Part shown: piece after piece, positions 17,994 to 25,146 of the stretch
How the letters are laid out: the number at the start of each line of letters is the position of its first letter
How positions within the stretch are numbered: position 1 is the first letter of the stretch
Source: a virus
IMG/VR virus record: IMGVR_UViG_3300023174_003073
Location: 64,001 to 128,000 of that record
Reading direction: 5' to 3' (one strand)
DNA: 64,000 nucleotides
Made by a program: the position numbers and the translations under genes
Notes under the pieces: model-generated
The model's database searches: none
Seen by the model: only the letters and a program-made list of their open reading frames with translations
What the model was told of the DNA's origin: nothing

Positions 17994-18458
17994 TTATTTA
18001 CCTTTTTTCTGTTCCGCTTCCATAATTCTTTTTCGCAAGCTACTGCTACTAAAACTATGGTCACGCCCGTTATAGATAATCTTAATATTTCTTCTTTCAC
18101 AGATTTCTTTACCACTGAAATCTTTGTCTGCATATTCAATACCTAGTATACGCACATCAATAGGTAGTGTTAATAGAATGTCAGATAAATCCTTCTCTGT
18201 ATTATAGATAACAATCTCGTCAACGGTGCGTACTGCACTTAAACTGATTTGTCGTTCTACAATACTTTGAATTGGTTCATTCTTTTCTGGTCTATCCCAT
18301 TGAGCATTGTTTTGCAATCCAGCAATCAAATAATCACAGTGATTTTTAGCCTCACTGAGCATTGCAATATGACCTGCATGTAATAAGTCAAATTGACTAA
18401 AGGTAATACCAATAATCAATCCACGTTCTTTAAGTTCTTTAATCTTATTGAATATCAT
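17994..18458 (-). CDS. TagD-like cytidylyltransferase (polyol/sugar-phosphate activation)
   Basis: FDLLHAGH (HxGH), ER...L, VDE, R...FSSS.LR motifs. Confidence 0.88.
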   Translation of the reverse strand: MIFNKIKELKERGLIIGITFSQFDLLHAGHIAMLSEAKNHCDYLIAGLQNNAQWDRPEKNEPIQSIVERQISLSAVRTVDEIVIYNTEKDLSDILLTLPIDVRILGIEYADKDFSGKEICERRNIKIIYNGRDHSFSSSSLRKRIMEAEQKKGK

Positions 18459-18691
18459 TCTTCAACTCCGAAATGTTTTTTAATAGCAGTAGCATAAAGA
18501 TTACTTGAATGCTCTCCTGCTGATTTTATTTCGTAAGTTTTCCCTTCGTTGATGCAGGCTCGCACACATTCCTGAACAGTCAAATGAAATAATCGTTCAA
18601 TGGCTTCTTGTGTGTAAGTATCTAACTCTTCCCAACAACCATCTGCTATCAACCCCGATTGATATATCAAGTCATCTAATGCTTTGTTCAT
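18455..18691 (-). CDS. Small phage protein, paralog of 896-1156
   Basis: VQEC..AC and identical HFGVEE end. Confidence 0.7.
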   Translation of the reverse strand: MNKALDDLIYQSGLIADGCWEELDTYTQEAIERLFHLTVQECVRACINEGKTYEIKSAGEHSSNLYATAIKKHFGVEE

Positions 18692-19362
18692 TTCTGTCTC
18701 GCAATTTGATAGAACTCTGCACGTGCCGCTGGGTCAGTTTTGAAACCACCGCCTAAGCGTGTAGTCACTGTTGAACTACCAGTATCTTCTACACCACGAC
18801 TCTTAACACAATAGTGTTGTGCATCAATCATAACTGCAACATCTTCTGTGTCCAGAATAAATTGTAGTGTGTGAAAGATTTGTTCAGTTAATCGTTCTTG
18901 GATTTGTGGTCGCTTACTAAAGTATTCTACAATGCGATTAATTTTGCTTAAGCCAAGTACTCTGTCTTTGGGAACATATGCTACAGTAGCAAGCCCATCA
19001 ATAACAACAAAGTGATGTTCACAATTGCTTTGTACATTAACATTTCGTTCACATACCATTTCATTGTATTTCATTTTGTTGTCAACAGTAGTACATTTAG
19101 GGAATGCTTCGTAATCAAGTCCCCAAAAGATTTCATTGACATACATTCGGGCGACACGCTTTGGAGTATCACATAAGCTATCATCGTCTAGGTCTAATCC
19201 TAATACCTGCATGATATGTGCAAAGTCTTTTTCAATAAGGTCAATCTTATTCTTGCGGTCTAGTGCTGTTTGAAATGTTGGCGTTTCAACACCCATTTTG
19301 ACTAAGTGTTCGTGTACTTTTAATCCTAATTCAGGATCAGTTTTTGTCTTATTATAACTCAT
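18688..19362 (-). CDS. folE: GTP cyclohydrolase I
   Basis: DTPKRVA, SNCEHH, GLSKINR, RPQIQERLT, H.CV.SRGV. Confidence 0.97.
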   Translation of the reverse strand: MSYNKTKTDPELGLKVHEHLVKMGVETPTFQTALDRKNKIDLIEKDFAHIMQVLGLDLDDDSLCDTPKRVARMYVNEIFWGLDYEAFPKCTTVDNKMKYNEMVCERNVNVQSNCEHHFVVIDGLATVAYVPKDRVLGLSKINRIVEYFSKRPQIQERLTEQIFHTLQFILDTEDVAVMIDAQHYCVKSRGVEDTGSSTVTTRLGGGFKTDPAARAEFYQIARQK

Positions 19363-19397
19363 AGATAACCCTCCGTTGTGAGTGTTTTATTTTGACG

Positions 19398-19428
19398 TTG
19401 TGCAACCTTTGTGTTGCACAAGTATTTA
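19398..19428 (-). promoter_or_regulatory. Late-type TAAATA promoter followed by a 9-bp hairpin in the folE leader
   Basis: GATAAATA then TTGTGCAAC-ACAAAG-GTTGCACAA. Confidence 0.6.
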
Positions 19429-19435
19429 TCACAGA

Positions 19436-19624
19436 TTAAGCCTTAGCTTCTTTTCTTGCGGCTTTTTCAGCAGTAATTTCGTTACGGCGTGCTTTAATAG
19501 CTTTAGCCATTTCTGCTAGTGCTTTGCGGGCACGTGTGCCTGCTGATGCATTACCTTTTTCGAATTTTTCGTTCTCCATTAAGTAGTCATCAAAGTGTGT
19601 TTTAATATCGTTATGTGCGTTCAT
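19436..19624 (-). CDS. Histone H1-like (Hc1-type) small basic protein
   Basis: KF.KGN.SAGTRARKAL motif. Confidence 0.75.
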   Translation of the reverse strand: MNAHNDIKTHFDDYLMENEKFEKGNASAGTRARKALAEMAKAIKARRNEITAEKAARKEAKA

Positions 19625-19644
19625 TTTATTTCCTTTATGTTAAA

Positions 19645-19833
19645 TTATTCGTGTATATCCTGTACACTCTCTACGGCATTTTCATACCCACGCTCGTAGT
19701 CCTCAGCGTCTGCCTCTGCATTTTCTACATTAGCATATGGGTTAAAAAATTCTTCATTTGCTAATCCTGATGCATAACCCTGCATATAGGGTGCTTCTGC
19801 ATATAGTTCTATTTTTACTTTTTTCTTAGCCAT
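19645..19833 (-). CDS. Small acidic protein
   Basis: Y.QGY..G...NPY...Y.RGY pattern. Confidence 0.6.
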   Translation of the reverse strand: MAKKKVKIELYAEAPYMQGYASGLANEEFFNPYANVENAEADAEDYERGYENAVESVQDIHE

Positions 19834-20435
19834 TATTCTTCTTCCTTTTTAGGTCCTTCGTATGGTCTATCAAAAGGCCATTTAGCAGTTTCTACTGTGT
19901 TAGCTACCGGATCACCGAACGGCCAAGCTGCTGTGGAATTTAGCGGCCATGTACCTATAGGATGTGGTGTTTTAGATTCTACTGGTTCTTTATCTGCCAT
20001 AGTTTCTTTAATTTTTTCACCATTAACTTCTTCGCCAGTATCTTCATTAACAAGTAACAACGGACCATGAAACCAGAATTCAGTGTCATCGTTAGTCCAA
20101 CCTAATTCTTCTACGCCCTCGTAGTAATTTTCGTCCCAGGCTTCGTTGAATGCTTCTAAATCTTCTTCAGTACAATTTCTGCCTGCTTCGGTGTCAGCCC
20201 AGCAACCATCCATCATTTCTTCCATTTCCCAGCATACATCATCATCAATGTAGCCAAGTTCATAGCCATCTTCATTTACTAATTCTTCATCAGTTAATGG
20301 ACGTTCATCACATTCAACATAGAATGTTCCCCAACGAAAACCTTCTTCACGGATAATTACTTTATCACCGTTAGTCCAAATTTGTCGTTCAATCGCACTT
20401 TTCTTGTAGTAGTTTGATAATTTCCAAGTTGCCAT
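19833..20435 (-). CDS. Highly acidic hypothetical protein
   Basis: E/D-rich core with C-terminal WP(F/L) repeats. Confidence 0.75.
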   Translation of the reverse strand: MATWKLSNYYKKSAIERQIWTNGDKVIIREEGFRWGTFYVECDERPLTDEELVNEDGYELGYIDDDVCWEMEEMMDGCWADTEAGRNCTEEDLEAFNEAWDENYYEGVEELGWTNDDTEFWFHGPLLLVNEDTGEEVNGEKIKETMADKEPVESKTPHPIGTWPLNSTAAWPFGDPVANTVETAKWPFDRPYEGPKKEEE

Positions 20436-20444
20436 GTTTACTCC

Positions 20445-21620
20445 TTAATATTTACTTTCTCTTGTGTGTTTACGATAATCAGTTGACATACGCAACCACT
20501 GTTCACCATTGCCTTCCATGATATCACAGATACGGTCAATAGTCTTATCATTCCAATCGCTAATTGCACCTTGATTTTTACTTGGTGCATGTAGCATATT
20601 GAATAATTTAATAGTTGCATCTTCTACACTCCATGGAGTATACAGCCTTGTGTGGTCATTAGCAAATGTTTCGGGGAAACTACGATATGCTGGATAGCAT
20701 ACGTTACAACCCAATGCATCTGCTTCACTTACAGTATTACTAACCCAGTCTTGCAATGCACAATTGAATACAATGCGTGTATCATTCAACAATGCATAGT
20801 AGTCATTCTTTTCTAGGTCTTCGTAAACTTTGAGTTTACCGTCTTTACGCATTTGTTGTGTGCGTTCCATATAGCTACTGTTGTTACTCTTTATTTTGCT
20901 GCCACTGAATACACAAAACTCTGCTACATTTTCAAAACGCTTATGAAATTCTTCAATCACATCCATATAGAAGTCAGGTTGTTTCTCCTGATCCCAACGT
21001 GCAGAAAATGCAATGCGCTTTTTACGTTTGTCAAATGGCTTTAGTTCGCCAACACGACCACGCACCTCATCTTTACCGAATGCAAGACCTGATATATTAT
21101 AAATTGGGGCTTCCCAGCCTGCAATCTTCATAAGCATTACCATTTCTTCATTCGTAGCAAGTACACCATCGACAAACGAATCCACCATCTTTTCATAATG
21201 ACCCATAAATTTAGACATGCCCCACACATGAACAAAATCATCAGGATCAATGGACTGAGCAAGGCAGCGCACAAAAATGCGAGGCCTACTAGAATCGGGA
21301 ATCTGGTTAAGAATATAAGGTAGGCTTTCGATGCCAGGCTGGAACATGTCCTCAAAGTAAATAACGTCCTCATTATTCAGTTCTCCTGCCTTCATCATAC
21401 GAATCAAATTCATTAGTTGCGACATACCAAAGTATGTGCGACCATGTGCATCTAATACTTGACCAGTAACAATCGCTTGGTCGTTACTTAGTGTTTCACC
21501 GGGTACAATGACGTAATCAATGCCCCGTTTCTCAAAGACAGCACGATTCCACTCTTGTAGTTGTAGAGTGTATCGTGCTTTATAAGGCTCAAGGCCCATA
21601 TAATATAGTCTACGCATCAT
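20445..21620 (-). CDS. GT-B glycosyltransferase, next to dpdL/dpdA-like genes
   Basis: ARWDQEKQP, YYALL, CALQDWVSNTVSEA (EX7E-like), YP.YRSFPE donor-binding C-domain. Confidence 0.8.
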   Translation of the reverse strand: MMRRLYYMGLEPYKARYTLQLQEWNRAVFEKRGIDYVIVPGETLSNDQAIVTGQVLDAHGRTYFGMSQLMNLIRMMKAGELNNEDVIYFEDMFQPGIESLPYILNQIPDSSRPRIFVRCLAQSIDPDDFVHVWGMSKFMGHYEKMVDSFVDGVLATNEEMVMLMKIAGWEAPIYNISGLAFGKDEVRGRVGELKPFDKRKKRIAFSARWDQEKQPDFYMDVIEEFHKRFENVAEFCVFSGSKIKSNNSSYMERTQQMRKDGKLKVYEDLEKNDYYALLNDTRIVFNCALQDWVSNTVSEADALGCNVCYPAYRSFPETFANDHTRLYTPWSVEDATIKLFNMLHAPSKNQGAISDWNDKTIDRICDIMEGNGEQWLRMSTDYRKHTRESKY

Positions 21621-21823
21621 ACTCTTGCGTCAGCATCCCAAGAATTTTTAGGCCACTTGCCTGTCAATTGTTTTTGATGTTGGCGATATACATAACTACG
21701 CATATCGTACAAACTTGCCTCATCAAACTTGTATCCAAAGTCAACACAGAACTCCTTGTATTTTTCAAGGTCTTCAAAGATTTGATGAACTTTAGGATTA
21801 GGTTGAAAAGTTGGTTTTGCCAT
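21617..21823 (-). CDS. Small hypothetical protein within the modification cluster
   Basis: GAGG SD; ATGA overlap with the glycosyltransferase. Confidence 0.7.
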   Translation of the reverse strand: MAKPTFQPNPKVHQIFEDLEKYKEFCVDFGYKFDEASLYDMRSYVYRQHQKQLTGKWPKNSWDADARV

Positions 21824-21834
21824 TGTATTACCTC

Positions 21835-22284
21835 TTAGATTGTGACCGTTAAGTTTGGTCGTTTAGTGTTATAGTAAATTGAACATCCGTTCTCTCCATC
21901 TTCTGAGACTTCGATTTGAATGTCACGGTCTGGATAACGACTTGCAATAACCTCATAAAGGTCATCACTAATCATTTCACAGCTTTTGTTATTCAACTCA
22001 AGTATACCTCGAAATAAACTTTCAAGCCAACGCTTGAATTGAATGAACTCTATATCCCGATCATTATGCGTTACTTGAATGCCAACTCGGAAATGAAATA
22101 TATGACGATGCGGTGTGCTTAAAAAGCTAACATCATATTCGTCACCTGTTGCTAATGCAGGATCGTGACCTGCTTGTGGATAGCAATGAATACCTTCTTT
22201 TTGAAAAGTAACCCAGATAAATCTGTTTGCTACTGTACGAATACGTTCACGCTGTTCTGCTAATGCTTGTTCTCTTTGTTCCAT
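21835..22284 (-). CDS. dpdL: QueD-paralog T-fold protein, DpdL-like (predicted CDG decarboxylase)
   Basis: EGIH, LSTPHRHIF (LxxxHRHxF), DIEF, SCE, VSEDGE; second T-fold protein adjacent to dpdA; motif assignment recalled. Confidence 0.7.
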   Translation of the reverse strand: MEQREQALAEQRERIRTVANRFIWVTFQKEGIHCYPQAGHDPALATGDEYDVSFLSTPHRHIFHFRVGIQVTHNDRDIEFIQFKRWLESLFRGILELNNKSCEMISDDLYEVIASRYPDRDIQIEVSEDGENGCSIYYNTKRPNLTVTI

Positions 22285-22285
22285 T

Positions 22286-22510
22286 TTAAAAAGTCCTGTT
22301 TAATGTTGCCCATGTGAGCCATTGATGAAATGTTTTATATACCATTTCTGCCTCATATTCATCTTGTGGTATCTTCACACCACGAATATAAAAACCATCG
22401 GGAGAAATCCTCAACATTTCACTATTAGTAGATGACCTAAATGTAATTGTATTTTTCATTTCCATATGTGTGATAGGTGCCGCTTGTGTTTCTTGTATCA
22501 TAAAAGTCAT
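22286..22510 (-). CDS. Small hypothetical protein
   Basis: EMLRI..DGFY.RG pattern. Confidence 0.6.
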   Translation of the reverse strand: MTFMIQETQAAPITHMEMKNTITFRSSTNSEMLRISPDGFYIRGVKIPQDEYEAEMVYKTFHQWLTWATLNRTF

Positions 22511-23988
22511 ACAAACTCAAACAATTCGTTAAACTTAGTCAATGAGTTAACAGTTTTCTTGCCACTCATACCTTGACTACCACTTTGCATTTGCTTCCAT
22601 AGATTACTATGTGCATCAATAACATCATGGCTAGCTTGTCTAGTCTTTTGTGCAAATACATCATCAATAACTTGTTTGAATGTTAGTCCAGACAAATCAT
22701 GTTTAAGCATTGCAGGTATAACACCTGTTTCATACTTACGATTAGCTTCTTGAACCGCAGTCATATGCTGATAGACATTATGACTTTGTAACAATGTATA
22801 ACTCAAAGTATCCCAACTCGTTTTAGTTTCTTTACCATGTTGACCAATGAAGCCTTGCCCTCGATAGCACAAGTCCTTCATTAGTAGTTTATCAGTTACT
22901 GGACTATCTGTAAAGACTTTATGGATGCCGTCAGCCAAAACTCCGTCTCTAAACTTACGGGTATCTGTAGCATAGTCTTTATTCTCAGCAGTTTTCTCCA
23001 TACTGTATGACCATTTCTTCTCATGTTCAATACTGTTATTGAAATATGCCAAACCTTTAGCCGCACTAAAGAATGGGCTAGCACAGTCAAATGTAATTTG
23101 TAGTTTTGGGTTGTGGTTTTTACGAATAGCTTTTTGAATATCAGTGAACAATACGGCATACTCAAGTATTGACACACCCAAACAGTGAATCAAGTCATGT
23201 TTACCTTCTTGTAGTAAACCATCATATATGATATCAACCATTCTACGCAACATCAAATGTACATCAATCTTTGTTTGTCCACCGAATGCCCAACCATTGA
23301 AATGATTATCTGGATAGATGTTTGGGTCGCAGTATTTCTTCATTTCATCATACCATTTATCACTATCAGTATGAGTACGACCTTGCAATACGTTTAGAAA
23401 CTTACACTTACCATTACGATTCTTAATAAAGTATTCGTTGTTGATATGGGTAGCACTGATTGCTTGTTCAATAGTACTGATACCGTGCAATGAAACACCG
23501 TTCTTGTCCTTCATGTCAAAAGTAGTTGTAGATTGTGAAGGGATATCTAAACACATACCATAGTCCATGTATGTGTCCATCCAGTTCAATACTGCTTTAC
23601 GCTTGACCATAGCACGGGGACAATTAGGATCCTTCCAATCAGCTGGCCATTGACCTTTAAGAATCTGAAATCCACCTGAATCACCTAAAATGAATGTACC
23701 TTCTTCACGTTTACGAATGATACTTTCATTATGGTCAACTTTGTTTGTATCTAAGTTAGCATGACCAGCAGAATACAAGCCCCATTTGTATGTGTATAGA
23801 CCTTCTTTACTGTTTAAGAAGTTTAGTTTCTCTACATCACCATTGAAACTTGCAGGTATACGTGCTAAGTCAAAGTAAGGTTCACCCTCACGTTGCTTAC
23901 CCAAGCCAGAAATATAGAAACTACTGACTGCGGGTAAGAACAATGCCCATTCAGGGTCATGTTGATTAGACAGGTTGATGTTGGACAT
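22507..23988 (-). CDS. dpdA: TGT-superfamily DNA-guanine transglycosylase (DpdA-like)
   Basis: DSGGFQ, LDIP, VLQG, GWAFGG, HCLG, TFD (nucleophile position) and HN motifs in TGT order; no CxCxxC zinc knuckle; folE/queD/queE context. Confidence 0.85.
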   Translation of the reverse strand: MSNINLSNQHDPEWALFLPAVSSFYISGLGKQREGEPYFDLARIPASFNGDVEKLNFLNSKEGLYTYKWGLYSAGHANLDTNKVDHNESIIRKREEGTFILGDSGGFQILKGQWPADWKDPNCPRAMVKRKAVLNWMDTYMDYGMCLDIPSQSTTTFDMKDKNGVSLHGISTIEQAISATHINNEYFIKNRNGKCKFLNVLQGRTHTDSDKWYDEMKKYCDPNIYPDNHFNGWAFGGQTKIDVHLMLRRMVDIIYDGLLQEGKHDLIHCLGVSILEYAVLFTDIQKAIRKNHNPKLQITFDCASPFFSAAKGLAYFNNSIEHEKKWSYSMEKTAENKDYATDTRKFRDGVLADGIHKVFTDSPVTDKLLMKDLCYRGQGFIGQHGKETKTSWDTLSYTLLQSHNVYQHMTAVQEANRKYETGVIPAMLKHDLSGLTFKQVIDDVFAQKTRQASHDVIDAHSNLWKQMQSGSQGMSGKKTVNSLTKFNELFEFV

Positions 23989-24346
23989 GAGTCTCTTTTC
24001 TAATTAGTGTTTGAACCATTTTGATTTGATGTTGCTTGTCTTTAACTTGTTGTAGTAAATCATTGATGGCAACATTATCTTTTGCTAGTTGTTCTATTTC
24101 ACGTTCTTCACGTATTTTGTCACGTGCCCAGTCTAAGATTTGTTCAGCCTCAGGATTTAATCCAACATAGTAAGTACCCAAGTTAAGATGTTGCCAGCTA
24201 TTGCCATTGTATACTTCTAAACGTTGAAGGTTAATGTTATACTGTAATTGCCCAACACTCATGTAATTACTGTTGTTGATATAGTTACTAGCAGGACCGC
24301 CAGTAACTGCAATATACTTACCAGTTTGACTGATATTACCTATCAT
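23966..24346 (-). CDS. Hypothetical protein
   Basis: GQLQYN...LEVYNG.SW beta motif plus coiled coil. Confidence 0.7.
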   Translation of the reverse strand: MIGNISQTGKYIAVTGGPASNYINNSNYMSVGQLQYNINLQRLEVYNGNSWQHLNLGTYYVGLNPEAEQILDWARDKIREEREIEQLAKDNVAINDLLQQVKDKQHQIKMVQTLIRKETHVQHQPV

Positions 24347-25071
24347 TTTGTTTTTGCTGGTAATAGATATTGATAAACTGCAAGACCACTATCAACAATG
24401 ATTTCACTTGCACCTTTATCACTGATACGATATTTTTTGTCGCCAGGTAAACTAAGAATGCTGATAACGGCTTGTACTGGCCAGTTCCACTTGCTTGCCA
24501 ATGAACCACCTACATTGCTTTGAAATACAAAGTTGCCACTGTGAGTAGAGGGATCACCAAAGTAAATTTTCAAATCAGTACCATCAACTTTAGTCATAAA
24601 GGTTGCTTCTTCACTGTTAGCACTTGCTTGTTTCTTCAAACGCAGAATGTTTGCAACAGTTGGTTCAAAGTCTACGTTCCAAGTTGCGCCTTTAAAAGCA
24701 ACATTGCCAACTTTATCTTCTACAATTGTTCTTGGCATCAAACGATAGTCATTAATAAATGATTTGTCTAATGTTTCAAAGTGAATGCTATCCGGAGTAT
24801 CAACACCATCACGATTAACCTTTGTCATTGAGATTTTTGATGTGTTATCATACTCGTCAAAACTCAAAATAGTTTTAAGTTTGCCCAAGTTAGGCATACC
24901 AAACACACCAATGAATTCTGGGTGCGGGTTTTTAAATGTACCAGTAACGATAACGCTTTTATCTTCTGCAATTGCATTGATAACAGTTTCGGTATCTGTG
25001 CCAGTGACCTTGATTAGGTCTACACCTAATGCTGAGGTATGTTGAATAATGTCTAGTAATGTATCTTTCAT
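24343..25071 (-). CDS. Probable DNA sliding clamp (gp45-like)
   Basis: 242 aa alpha/beta two-domain pattern, next to DNA pol B; clamp loader at 50722. Confidence 0.6.
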   Translation of the reverse strand: MKDTLLDIIQHTSALGVDLIKVTGTDTETVINAIAEDKSVIVTGTFKNPHPEFIGVFGMPNLGKLKTILSFDEYDNTSKISMTKVNRDGVDTPDSIHFETLDKSFINDYRLMPRTIVEDKVGNVAFKGATWNVDFEPTVANILRLKKQASANSEEATFMTKVDGTDLKIYFGDPSTHSGNFVFQSNVGGSLASKWNWPVQAVISILSLPGDKKYRISDKGASEIIVDSGLAVYQYLLPAKTK

Positions 25072-25109
25072 TTTGTGTCCTTTAAGTTATTTAGGAAGAT
25101 TATCTGTGT

Positions 25110-25138
25110 ATTATAATGGAATATTTTGCGAATGTCAA
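25110..25138 (-). promoter_or_regulatory. Sigma70 promoter (plus TAAATA at 25088-25093) upstream of the clamp-dpdA-dpdL-GT run
   Basis: TTGACA-17-TATAAT. Confidence 0.75.
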
Positions 25139-25146
25139 ACATTAGT

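Noticed and set aside
17897-18139. 80-aa minus-strand ORF spanning the queD leader
   Set aside because: Out-of-frame overlap with the cytidylyltransferase and queD, no RBS; the interval is better explained as regulatory.
22507-23988. Interpretation as a tRNA-modifying Tgt for queuosine
   Set aside because: Highly divergent from bacterial Tgt, lacks the zinc knuckle, no QueC/QueF/QueA or tRNAs in the window, and it sits in the replication operon; DNA targeting is more parsimonious but not proven.
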